A DNA stretch of 64,000 nucleotides from Rhizophagus irregularis (Eukaryota), in assembly GCF_026210795.1 (NCBI RefSeq), contig NC_089434.1:2294001-2358000 (forward strand). The letters are read 5' to 3'. Below, one piece after another: positions 38,601 to 51,871 of the stretch. The notes under the pieces are model-generated. The model was not told where the DNA came from and searched no databases. It was given only the letters and a program-made list of their open reading frames with translations. Numbering within the stretch: position 1 is the stretch's first letter; the number at the start of each line of letters is the position of its first letter. The translations under genes were made by a program, and so were the position numbers.

Positions 38601-41600
38601 AACTTCCACGCATGAAGAACTGTCCTTATCACTTTATCTACCACCATTTTATGATATTGCCACTGCTCAAGAATCATCAAATGTGAGGGGTAATATACAA
38701 TAACTACATTAGCCAGAGGGGTTCTTTGAACCAGGTGCTTTGCTAGGCTCTTCCGCACACCACTGTTATTGTTTCATTAATCAGTGCATTTTTTCTATAC
38801 TGTGCTATTATACCATGAATGTACTTTGAAAAATATAATAAAGAGCTTTACTTTGATTTTTTAAGAGTGTTATGTGCGTCGTGAGTGTTTCGTGCCTCCT
38901 TGATCTTTGAGATAACATAAATACTCTCGAATAAGACTATATTCATTAAAAGCGCGTTTAATAGTAGCTTAAATCTGATTGGCCAACCAACCATCTCGTG
39001 ATTTATCGAAACCCTAGAACTATTGAGGGAGCTGGTGGAGATGTCATGTGATACGATATACAGTACATCATGCCACAAACTGATTTAGCCGAACACAGGT
39101 CAAAATCGAGGCTATCGGTTGCATATCGAGTACCAGATATATGTAGGATATGTATATGATATGTATACGATATGCAACAATTACACACATATCGGGTACC
39201 TGATATCTGTAATGTTTATGCAGAAGTTCGGTGATATATATTATAGATATTGTGCACATATTACACATATATCGGGTAGTATAATATCGGGCAGCATCTC
39301 TTATACGTGTCGTATAAATATCGTATAGATATTGGTCGGTATAATATCGGACACATGTTATATAGATATCGGGTAAATATAGGATACATATCGTACATTT
39401 ATCTGACAATACGATAGATAATTTTTTCATATAATATTATAATTTAATCTGGGCAAAATTATAATTTCAAATTAATTTTTAATTTTAATTCGGGCTAAAG
39501 TAAAATTTTATTACACAAATTTTATTATTTTCAATTAAACTAATAAAAAAGATTACAAAAAAATATATTATTCTATATAGCTATATAAATAATTAGATAT
39601 CTGTTATCTACAAATAGCGCTTATTTTTATCTGTTTAATATTTAAAAGAAAGAAATAGTATTTTAGTAATAAAGATATTAATATGAATAATGTATTCGTA
39701 AAAGAAAAAGAATAGTATTAAAAAAATGTTAGTAAAAAATGGTTAGTAATAGAAAATGTTATTAGTATGTTTAGTAGTAAAATATATTAGTAAAAACAAA
39801 CGTTAGTAGGTTAGAAAAAAAGAAAAGAAGTGTATAATATAAATAAAAATTAGTAAAAAATATACCTTTGTATTTATTTCACCTCTTTTTTGAAGTTTGC
39901 TGTTTAAAAAGAAAATAGATCTTGTTAATTATTTTTCTTTAATAAATAAAAAAAATAAATATTTAAATTACCTTGATGTGCGTTACTCTCATATTCTTCT
40001 GAAGATATATGATTAGATCTTCTTTTTCTTGAGTTTACTATATATAAACCAAATTAATTTTTGATTAAATTTTTTTAAAAAGAATGCTTAAATTACCTTG
40101 ATATGTGTTGCTTCCAAATTCTTTTGATTTAGAGTTTTTTTTCTTGAATTCGCAGATATAGGATTACCATCTTGACGCACAGTATCAAAAAATGTCTGCC
40201 CTTGATGTGGAAGGTACTTAGGAACCACCTCGTCTCCCGATTAATGAGACCCTAAGTCAGAGGAGGCTAGCCTATCAGGTACAAGTACCCTACAACTTCA
40301 TCTCTAGGTAGTCAAAAATCTCAGGTGGTTCCAAATCACAGCATACTACATGATTAGTCTTTGGACATGTTGGGATTTAATAAGTGAGAGAAAAAATAAC
40401 TCCAGCGCCAGTGTTTTGTAAAGAATAATAAAATAATATTTTTAAGTTAGTTCTTTCTTTATTAAATTTTTGAAAAAGTTTTGTTTCTTAAAATCGTAAA
40501 AAAATGCTGGTTGCTACAACTGACGGACAACGACAAATTGTCAGGCTACTCCCGGACAAAGTAATTGGAAGGCAGAAAATGTCATAAAATATCCAGCCCT
40601 ATTTCATAACATTTTTTTCCAGGCTAAAGCAAATATTACAAAAGAAATTGCAAATATATTTAACAAGCAATAGATACATGGCAGTTGAAAAATATATTCA
40701 CACTTCATATTGTAATACCACAGTCTAACAAAGAAAGCAAATATATTTAACAAACAATAGATACATGGCAGTTGAAAAATATATTCACACTTATACCACA
40801 AAGAAAGACTCAAACCACTATTGTAAAGAAAAATATGAAAAATACGCGTATATCCTATTTTCATACCTTGCTTAACAGTTCCACTATTTATTTAAAAAAG
40901 ACTTTTCTCTTTTTTGTATGTGGGTAGGGGTACATTTTTTCCTTTTTTTTATTCTTTTCTTTTGTATATGGTAGATAAGTACGTCTTACTATATTAAATA
41001 TATAAACTAAAGTGCCAAAGTATTGTTAATATTGTAAAAGATAAGTAAAGTATACTTGGATAAAAGAGAAAAAAAGAGACGAACCGTAAAGCGTTAATAA
41101 AAGATAAGTAAGAAGAGAAAAGTGTATTTTTGAAAATAAACAAAAAAAATCGCGCATTAATTTTAGATATCACATGTATGTAATCAAAGCGATTTTAATT
41201 GGTTATTAATATACATGCATAAATGTCATGTGATTTTAGTGACCTATACAAAAGATAAAAATTATTTTACAAAAAATACGTTTCCAACCTTCCAACCAGT
41301 GTATAAAATCTGGAAAAAAAAATGTGCACATGTGCACATAAGAATTTTTTTTTGTGCACGTCACGAACTCAATTTTTAAAAATTTTTGTACACAAAAATG
41401 TGCACTATATTAATTTATAATATAAAACGTTGTAAACGGTCGAATATCAAGCATGAAAAGATGATAAAATTCAACTACCAAACGTAATTGCCAAATGTTA
41501 AGAATGAACAAATTAATTATGAATTGGCGTAGATGGATAAATAATTAGCCGAAAAGGATAAACATTTAGGAAGAGTAATGATCTACATGATGTAATATTT

Positions 41601-42559
41601 ATTGAATGATTGACAAAGAACCAATAGGATAAATAGAGTCAATCAATTGCGGCTTAGAATCTTTAACAATAAGAACGATTAGAAAGAATAATTATAAGCC
41701 ACAAAAGATAGATTATAAGCAAAACACATAAAGCGGATTGAAAGAACATATAAAATAATGTCAGAAAGATTAAAGAACATAAAATAATATAAAAGATAAT
41801 ATAAAAAGATAATACAAAGATATTATAAAAGATAATATATATATATAAAAGATAGCATATTAAAAGATAGCGTATTTAAAATATAGATAGTATATTAGAA
41901 AGATAGTTCAAAGATAATATGTAAAAAGAATATCAAAGATAGTATATAGATAGAATAGAAAGTAGTGTAAATTTGTATAAATAGAGAACGGAATTCAAAG
42001 TAATTCCACAGTTCTCATTCACAAAACTCAATAAAAATATAAGTTTCATTTAATTATTTGTTAATAAAGTTTAATATTAATTAAAGGTAATAGGTTCGCC
42101 CTAAACTTTAATTAATGTTGCTTAATTAATTTTAATTGAAAAATGGAAATTTTAAGATGAATTAAATATACATTTTTGAAAAGTAATAATTCGTAGCGAG
42201 AGCTATCGAAGTTTGAAATTAAAGGTAAAAGTGGATATAATTTGGGGAAAATTTAGAGAAGTTAAATTTTATTTTATATTGTTCAACGTTTTATATTACT
42301 AACGCTATTTATGTCGTGAACCAAGAATGTTGTTATATATTGTTGTTAATTATTTGTTCGTTTGTTCAATTGTTCGTTCATTCGTTCATTCGTTCGTTCG
42401 ACCACGAGAATGCCCGTTCGATGTGGCAACTCTGTAAATTGATGACAGAGGGAAATGGGGGATCTCAACGTCCTAACTTTTAAATCCTAAATTCCTAATT
42501 ATATTATAGATTTTATTTATAAAATATAATTAATTACACTAAAATGTTCCAAAAAAATG

Positions 42560-44780
42560 AAAAATAAATCACTATAATTATTAAATTGCCCGATCTTTAG
42601 AAGCCCAATGATTGTAAGCTGCTAAATAATTGAAATTTTCAAAATTTTGAGGGCCATTTAAAGAAACATGTAAATGCATATTAAGAGTATCAATATGCAC
42701 TCTGTTTCAAATGTCAGTTTGTTTTGATTAAATTTTGCCTAGAAAATACACGTTCCACCACAGTGTTAGAAAAAGGTATAATTAATGACAAATCAATAAG
42801 AATAATAAGATTAGGGAATTGGTTTCGGAAATAAGTAGTATTAAAGATCTTATACCAACATTCAGTAAATTTACATCCTTTGGCAAATCTATATGACGCA
42901 ATTAGATTTTTAGCCAAATCCCATTCTTTCTTAACTTCTTCGTCATCAATTAATGAATGCTCATCATTATTAATTCTTTTTTTCTTTCCATAAAAATGTA
43001 TAAGATCCGAAAGCTCTTCTTCACATAGTTTTGTAAAGCATTTTTATGCATTTTTATCAAGCGGCATTTCATGAGGATCAAAAATTCGTAAAGAATAATA
43101 TAAATTTTCATTAGGAAATCTTTTTCACAAATTTGTAATAACTTTTTCAGCATAATGTTTAATAAAATCTAATTAACAAACATAATTGAGCAAAAATTTA
43201 TTAGTAATTAATTTAATAAATAAGTTAAAAATAAACTAGCCTGGCAAATCTTCAGGGTGTAATTCTAACTCATCTATTAACTTTCGCAAATGGGTACCAT
43301 ACTTCGGTAAGACATCTGCAGATCCAATAAAATTTGCAGTTATAGATTCATATGCCATTTTGAGTTGTGATCATAAAGAAATATAATCAAATTGAAAAAC
43401 CAATATAATTTTTTTTAAAATAAAAAAAAATATCAGCAAAAAATTTCATAATAATAAGAAATTCGGTATCCACATTGCGTTAAATAAGAATTTAGCCGTA
43501 TTAGATGAATTAACATCACGTTGTAATGCTTTTTGAATGGGTTCAATTATTTGGTGAAAATTGTTAATTACATTAGACCATGATAGCCATCGCGTATCAC
43601 ATACATTAAGAATTGTTAAATCAGAAACTTCCATATCTTCTTTGATTTTTTTTAATTCATACATTTGCTTATATGAATTAGAAAAATAAGAATAAATTCC
43701 TTTAATTATAGTTTTATAATGTGCGAAATATGGTGTTTCATTTGCAGCTTCTTCTGAAGCTAAGTGTAAGCGATGTGCAATACAATGTGTTAATGTAATA
43801 AAATTATTAAGTTTTTTTAGTTGAGTTGCAACACCATTACGAATGCCTAAGTAAAATGATAAAATATATATATATATATATATTATTAAATTATATATTT
43901 TTGATTAATTAATTATTATTTAATAATTACCTGTCATGGTTGCAGCTCCGTCACTACCAAAATGTCTTAATTTCGTTATATCCAGTTCTTTTTGAGTTAT
44001 AAAAAGGTTTATTACATTCATAATTCCATCAGCCGATGCATCTGTTATTTGTGTCAATCCAAGAAAACGAAAATAGGTCCACCATTTACTAAATGTTTCG
44101 AAACTAATGCAATAGTTTTTTCAGATATAACATTTGTATTGCTTTCATCAATAAGTAAACTCTAACATGATGATTCTTTAACCTCAGCAACAACGCTTTC
44201 TTCAACAATAGTAAATATAGAAAAAAGTAATTCTCTTTCTGCAACTGCATTTTTATAAAGTGTATAATTATTAGTTGAAGATGATGAAGTTGTAATTTCA
44301 GAATGATTTTGAAGAAGAGGTGGACGAAGATTTTGGATAAAATTTTCATCCCCAGTTTGATATTGATAATTAATTTGATATGTAATTAAATCACAAAGAG
44401 ATCCATAATTATTAAGTGCTATATTACATTGTGTTAAATAATATACATTACGCATACAACAAATAATTAATGCTTGATTATGGTTCATTTATTGCATAAA
44501 GCCTTCTTTAATTGTCAACTGATCTGAATTTTTTGCATTAATTGCTTTTATATGCCTTTCAATACAATCTTCCTTTAACCACTCCAAACCAGTAGTTGTC
44601 CACACACTAGAACTATTTGCATTTTTGCATATTTTACAAAACATAACTTCTTTTCCATTTCTTTTTTCACAATATAACCATGGATATTTGAAAGGCCAAG
44701 ATGGATTCCATTTAAAGTTATCTTTTTCTAAACGTAAATATTTATTTTTTTTTATTTTTATTTTTCGCCTTAAATAATCT
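42560..44780 (-). pseudogene. hAT-family (ZNF862-like) transposase, nested in the CACTA element
   Basis: YPWLY..VMFCKIC, LLIDES, FRFLGL, HFGSDGAATMTG, THCIAHRLHLA, CDTRWLSW, IIPFSNTVVERVFSRQNLIKT; multiple frameshifts. Flanked by GTGCAC-rich repeats at ~41320-41410 and ~45020-45080. Confidence 0.85.
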
Positions 44781-45499
44781 CATTTAATTCTCCTTCACTA
44801 TTAATTTCATTATCTTTAACATCACTAATTTGAATAACCTCTGTATTTTTATCATTTCGACTTCTTTTTTTGTTGGTTTGTCAGTTTTTTTCTCTTGAGG
44901 AGTATAATTATTTAGATATTTTGTGATATCTTCCATTCTTATTACGCTTAAAAAAAAAGAAAAATTAGATTATCATATCGTTTATCTAATACGAATATAT
45001 ATACGATGCATATCAAATTTTTTTGTGCACGGAATAAAATTTTTTGTGCACGAAAATGTGCACTATTATTTGTGCACTATGGATAAACCACATGTGAAAA
45101 AAAATTGGTGTATGGCAGTCTGCCAGATGATCAGTAATTGAAAGGGACCAATAAATTAATTAGCATAATGAAAACAATTTTTAAGAGCATTGGATATCAT
45201 TTAAGGATCTTATAGAAAAGGCTTTAATTTTTAGCGGCGCTGAAAATTTTGATGATAGTCATGTATTAATTATTAAGTATTATTTGATTCTTGCATCAAA
45301 TCATTAAGTTTAGCATTATTTGAAGACTTTTTTATTTAATATAATAATTACAAACATGCTATTATTTTATGTATTTATTATAATTTTGAAGGATATCGGA
45401 ATGTGAATTATTATTCTGTGAATGAAAATAAAAAACTCATTCATCATTATCGACTAAAAAAGGAAAAGAAATTAATAAATTTTGTATTTACGACTAAAA

Positions 45500-46291
45500 A
45501 AGAAAAAAAAAATTAATAAATTTTGTACTTACCATTTCGATCTTCTGTATTTAGAGTATTCGTATTTTGAGTATTCTGGCTCCTACGTGCTATAAAATAA
45601 TTAAGAAAATCAATAAAAATTTATAATTTGATTAAACTTTTATACTTTACATACCATTCCTTCTGTTTCGTCTGCGTTGAGTTATATTAACACCAATTGA
45701 AGCCTGTACAAACTGATCATCTAGAAACATATTAAATCATATTAAATAAAACAATTTACCTCTTTAATATAATCATTTTGTTGATTATGTAATGTTGTTA
45801 GATTTAAAAGTTCTTACCTGATTTCTCCCAAAACCGTGTATTTATGACTTCAAAAAAAATGGCACCAGCACTGCTTCTTGCCCCTCTCAGATCGTTTGCA
45901 ATCACTAATAATTGATCCTAAAGTATTAAGTGTTAAATAAGTATTAAAATTACTATTACAACAAATTTTTATTAATATTTAACTCACGTGATAACTGGTC
46001 ACTAATCCATTGAATTTTGTTTGGCACTGTTTGCCCGAATAATTGCTCCTACACCTCTCATTTACTTTATTCGCAACAGAATTCCAGAAATTTTTTCTAC
46101 TTCTTCCTGCAATTTGATAATGGTACTCGAAGTTTCTTGACCTCTGCTGCTCAATCAAAGCAGCGATTTGGTCATCCGACCACTCCACCCGGCCGAAAGA
46201 ATAAGTTATAGTGTTGAAAATGGAGGTAGTATTGACATTGATGGTATTGGTATCATTGACGGTGGTTGAATCAGTTGAAGATGAGGACATT
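45500..46291 (-). CDS. Myb/SANT-like DNA-binding protein (multi-exon) carried by the CACTA element
   Basis: EWSDDQIAALIEQQR..FWNSVANKVNE..YSGKQCQTKFNGLVTSY followed by small GT-AG exons; 3' end approximate. Confidence 0.65.
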
Positions 46292-47000
46292 GTTTGAAAT
46301 TTTGTTAAAAAATTGTTTAGAATATTTGGAAACATATTTGATAAAAAAAAATGTATTGATTATAAAAAAAAATATGTATTGATTATTAATTAGTATTGAT
46401 TATCAAAAAAATGCAAGAAAGTTCTTGTAACAATTCTAATTATGCCATTCAATTATCATGATATTACATTATTTCATTTTTTAATTATTAGTACAATTTT
46501 TAATGTAACACCATTTCAAAATGATTTCGTTGATTCATGATATTATATCATAAAATTCACAAAATATAGAATTCGTAAAACTCCGTCTCTTGTCCATTAA
46601 AAGTGATTAAAATGTCAATCTTCCATTGTTTTCCATCGTACAAAAAAAAAATTAGCCATTAAAAGTAATTAAAAATTTTGTAAATTAAGCCCGGTATTAT
46701 TCTTACGTAAAAATTAACATTTATTTATTACGACTTACTAATGCGAAAAAAAATTAATTAATTTTATTAATTTTACATCTCAGATTGATTTAATGTTAAT
46801 TTTCAAATGTTGAATTAATGTTGAGCGCGTTAAACGAATTCGTTGAGCAAAAATTATGCTTATATAATACGCGATTAATAATTTTTCATTTGATGAAAGT
46901 CACGAGACATACTATCTTCTTGCTTATATTATACACGATTATCACTAAGCTTGAAATGGAAATCAAATGTGTCATCATTTTCTTTATTTGGTGTGGCATA

Positions 47001-50000
47001 CTACAAGTTAAATATTCTATTCAAAGGTATAATCGACAAATATTTTTGTTTTCCTACCGTAATATTTCTAAATTTTGTAGCTCGACATAATATCCTATGA
47101 ACCGCTAACAGGGAATCACAACCTTCTTGAAAGTATTCGGCTTTCCATAATTCGGTATTTGATATTTCTGGCTCCATAAAACTAAGTTTAAACCGAATAC
47201 TAGAAGAAGGTGCAGGTTTATACCACTTGACATATGCTAGGAGGTGAGTTTTCGTTCCTTCTGGAAATCTAAGGGCATGCTTGAAATAATATTGGACTTC
47301 ACCCGGATAAGTGTCAACTGAATCATCATTAGCTGCTTTCCATTTTGCAAATATATTCGCATTTTTATCATGGCGACCAGAAATCATAGATCCAAATATT
47401 TCGGCGCCAATTTGTAGTCTTGCATGCTGATTCATATGCAAATCCATAAATCCTAACACATCTTCTTTTTCCCTTTCATATAATATTGCATACCATTCAC
47501 ATAGAAATCCTCGCAACTCCAAAGGCATAACGACATTGATATATGATGGGTTAAGCATTTGGCCAGGTAATGGTTCAGTGCCATATATTTTGGAAATCAT
47601 AGACGTATTATGTCTCATGAATAGAAAATGCTGCAGTTCCTCTCTTTCTGCTGTGATTGCTAAACTTCCTACAGCTTTTTTTAGTACAAGAAGATGGAGA
47701 GATTCATCTAGAAGGCCAGATGTCCATTTACATGATAAGTGATAATCCACCAAAGTGTTTTTAAGAACAATTTTCATTAATTCGGGTTTTATTTGTCGGT
47801 TACTATTAGGATATGATCCTAAATAACAGGAATTTTTTTAATAAAGGTACTAAAGACAATTGAAAAACACTGAAGTAAATTTACCTATATATCCATTAAG
47901 TCTTTCAAACGGGAAAAGCCAAAAACTATATATAGGACCATAATCACAACAGCAATCAGGGATATGAAGTGCGAGATGTATATTGCTTGTTATAAATTCT
48001 AGTCCATATGTATATTCTATAAGGTAGGCCATATCTTTTAACCTCTCTTGCGCCTCCTTCAAATCATCATCTGTAATAAATCTTGCTACTAAAAGATTAC
48101 AAGCTCGAACAAAATGCCCTAAGATCTTTCTATCATTATCATCTAGCATATCCCATAATATAGATGTAGAATAAATCATAATAAAGGTCTTCCATTGATC
48201 GCAGTTTTGTTAGAAAATCCATCATTTCCGATTGCAATCTTTGGAGGAATTCTACCAATGTCAGAAGGTAAATCAATATTATCCATTCTGTTTTGTGCTA
48301 CACGAAGTTGTTCCATAGTTAATTTTTTTGGTTTACAAAAATGGATTTGATTATCCATTTTGCAACACCGAGGAAAAGACAATGCATAGGATCTTACAGG
48401 CAAATCGTATAGGATCCATGTATGGTAGGCAAACTAACTTCAGTATCTTATACCATGTACTTTAAAATGTGCTTCTCTGGAGGACTTTGAGTTACATTGC
48501 AACCATTCATGAGCATATTGCCTATGTAATAAAAGATCTGCAGACTTTGTTACCCATTCATTATAATCTTGCATTCCTTCGTAATGAGTTTTTCTAAATT
48601 CCTTGCTATAAGTGATACGTTTATCACACCTATAGCATTTCATTACTGCAGATCAACGAGGCCAAATAACTTTCGTGTAGCTGGAGTATCAGACGATCCA
48701 ACAATTAACGCAACTTTTATTTCTAAACCATTGGAAAATTGGTGAGTTTTTGGTACTTTCCACCCCTTCCAAAGTTCTAATAACTCATCTACAATAGGAG
48801 CTAGATAATGATTAATGCGTTCCAACCCTGCTCTTTTAATCCGGTAAGAAACCCAAATATATAATATTTTTGGGCTTATTCCTTTCCTGACCTTGGAAGA
48901 TTGCAAATAGACGCATAAATAGCGCCAGTACTATGCTACGTGTAGGAGAATGGTTGGAACCAATCAAGATTAAGGAAGGACCTAGATGGGTTGTGGCAGT
49001 CTCTGTTGTAAAAAAGGTACTACCATCAAATGGAAAATTTTTCCATACCTTACCATTGTAAATATCTGAATAGATATTATTTTCGTTTTTTTGAGTCCCT
49101 GATAATTTTAACATGTTCTCAAAATCTGGTCGTTGATATAAAATGCTCAATTGCTGACGAATGTTTGGCTTAGGATAAAGCATGTGAGTACCGCAATTGT
49201 TGCATTTTTATTTTTTTGAGAATGGAAAGTGGATTATTGCATTGGTGATTACGACTTGATATTGGATTATTTGGATACTCTTTATACGGGCAATTCATTA
49301 TAGCAACTTTTCCTTCTTCCTTATATGCAATAATATCTTTAACATTATGCAATTTATGGCAATCGGTACATGCAGCTAATTGCATTTTCGGTTGAAAAAT
49401 GTTTAACCATATTTTTGCCATATATAATGAGGTAGGAAAATTTTCAAATTGCAACTTATCAAAGCGCATAAGAATTATATGAAAAAAATTTTATTAAGAA
49501 TTCAAGTGCAATATCAGGCAATCGAAATCTTTGTTGAAATTTAAATAGCCATATTATAATCTCAGTATTAATAGAATCACTTAAGCTTTCCACTATAAAT
49601 GCTTCTTCATTGTCATTGTCAATCTTAGGAGATGCGAAAAAATCTTCTACATCATCATTCTCCTCTCCTTTATCCACATCATCATTCTCTTCCTCATCCA
49701 TATTATCTACATCATCATTCTCCTCTCCTTCATTCACATCATCATTCTCTTCCCCATCCATATTATTTACATCATCATTCTCCTCTCCCTCATCCACATC
49801 ATCATTCTCTTCCTCATCCATATTATTTACATCATCATTCTCTTCCCCCTCATTTATATTATCTACATTATAATTCTCACCAAAATAATTGATTTCATCA
49901 TTATTTTCATCAATTGTAGGTGCTGAAATACGAAAACATGAAGGTTTTGATGAAAATAATGTTATATTTTCTTCAATATATTGGAAAGAGGGACCAGGAT

Positions 50001-50376
50001 GGGAAGAGTCCTGATCCGGACTAGATGTACCGGAGTAATTATTTCTTTCTCGCTTTTTTGATATGTTCAATTTTATTTCTGTATTTATATATGTATTATT
50101 AACAGATGATGTTTTTTTCTTTTTTATCATGATGGTATTTTCCTGATTTTTTCTAGAATCTTTTGATCTCGATTCCCACAAACTATCATCATACATATGT
50201 TTCTCTTGAGTATGAGAATCAACTTCTGCACCTTTGCAACGAGCACAATTGCAAATATACAAATACTTTTTTTTGGGCTTTATTAAATCAGCCACAAAGG
50301 TTTCAGAGGTTTCAACTTTACGTTTTTTATTACTCTTTATTAATTCAGATACAGAGTTACATTTTTTATTACTCAT
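47001..50376 (-). pseudogene. En/Spm (CACTA, TnpD-like) transposase
   Basis: YSDIYNGKVW, DWFQPF, ICNLP..ERNKP, INHYLAPIVDELLELW.G, DTPATRK, DPMHCLFLGV, NIHLALHIPD..YGP..FWLFPFERLNG, YPGEVQYYF; many frameshifts. Confidence 0.9.
49640..49865 (-). repeat. Coding minisatellite (alternating ~24/33-bp units, EENDDV) in the transposase N-terminus
   Basis: ACATCATCATTCTC repeated seven times; translates to NDDVNNMDEEENDDVDEGEE. Confidence 0.8.
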
Positions 50377-50689
50377 TTTTATTAAAATGTATAAAATATA
50401 TTTTTTATTCTATCACTTTTAATAGTTAGTAATCAAGACGTTCAGAAACGAGCTTTTAATAATCCTTATCATACAAAAGAATTGCACAAGAATTTTATGA
50501 GCGCGTTACTTTTACCTGGTGAAAATTGTGCAAACGCGTTGCTACCTCTGAGCCTTGATCTGCATCCTGAAATCTCCGAAATTATTATAAATTTGCACAC
50601 AATCAACTTTTCTCGCGTTCTGAAATCTCTACTTTATACGGGATTTTTTTATTTTACAAAATAACAAAAAGATTTTATACTTCGTAACA

Positions 50690-51871
50690 ATGAATAGTGA
50701 TAATGTATCATCTAGTGATGAATCATCATCTTCATCATCCTCCTCCTCCTCCTCCTCTTCTTCTTCTTCCTTTTCTAAAAGTTGTTATAACACGATAAAA
50801 GCAAGTATTTGATTATTTTATATATTATTTCTGCTTTTATCCTATTTACATTTATCTATTATTTTACAGAAAGAAGTGTTTATTTGGAGTGACTCCGAGC
50901 TAAAAGACGTATACAGTATTAACTATGAGCTCACATGGGCTGAGCAAAAAGATAACATAGTCACCAAGTTGCTTTCACCACTTTACAAACTTGTAAATAA
51001 AAAATATAAAGTCTCAAATAGTGATTTATTAAAGATGTTATATGGACGTTAGCGATCTCGCCATCGCGTTAGTAATATTAGAAAGCAAGGGGAAGCCCAA
51101 ATAAAACGTAACAAAAGAAGAGCAATGAAGAATTCAAGGATGCAGGATGTAAATTATTTAATTAACAGAAGCTATTAAATTTAGTTTTTTTTTAAATTAA
51201 TTATATTGTGCTTTATAATTAACATTGTTAGAAAAAAAAAGAATAATAAACGCGGCCAATTACCTAATACAAAATAAAGATAAGTACATTTGCCGATATC
51301 CTGAAAAGGATCTAGTTCAAATTTTAAAAGATTCAGGCTACCATTCCGAAAAATGGGAGGAAACCGACGAAGATGATGAAGTTGATGAAAATGATGAAGA
51401 AAAAGTAGTCACAAAAAAAAATTCGATATATATTTATGAAAGATGGTGGAGATCTCCTGCTGTATGTATATTTTATTATTTTTTATCAAAGTATAAACAC
51501 TAATTTATAGTTTAATTTCTTTATTTAAGTTTCAACGTTTATTACATGATCGTATTGATCCAACGGTAGAGTTATTAAGAAAAAAACCACCAAACTTAAA
51601 ATGTAAAAGAGTTCTAGACAAAACAGAAACAGCTAGTGTGCCACCTGCCAGCGCACCAAGCTGGTGTTTAAATAGAGAAGCACTTGAAAAATTCAACCAT
51701 TTAACCAAAAATATCCCAGTTTATGATTATGATACTGATGAAAGTATTATTCAAGACAACAATGGTGCTGATGATGATGTTGATAATAACGTCGTAAATA
51801 ACAAAAATAACAACAAAAGGAAAAAAAAGAAAAATAAATCTAAATCAAAAAATAGAAAATCAAAAAAATAA
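50690..51871 (+). pseudogene. CACTA accessory ORF (multi-exon), divergent from the transposase
   Basis: Exons with GYHSEKWEE, ERWWRSPA and PPASAPSWC motifs and a basic tail; lies inside the CACTA TIRs. Confidence 0.5.

Noticed and set aside
40630..40800. ~55-bp direct duplication
   Set aside because: Simple local duplication with no further structure.
41431..42467. Solo LTR (TG...CA, TATA and AATAAA, possible ACGT TSD)
   Set aside because: Single copy with no PBS, PPT or internal domain; a competing 15-bp inverted repeat (41417 / 42284) leaves the boundaries ambiguous.
49610..49892. His/Pro-rich and Ser-rich ORFs on the plus strand
   Set aside because: Antisense shadows of the acidic minisatellite in the transposase.
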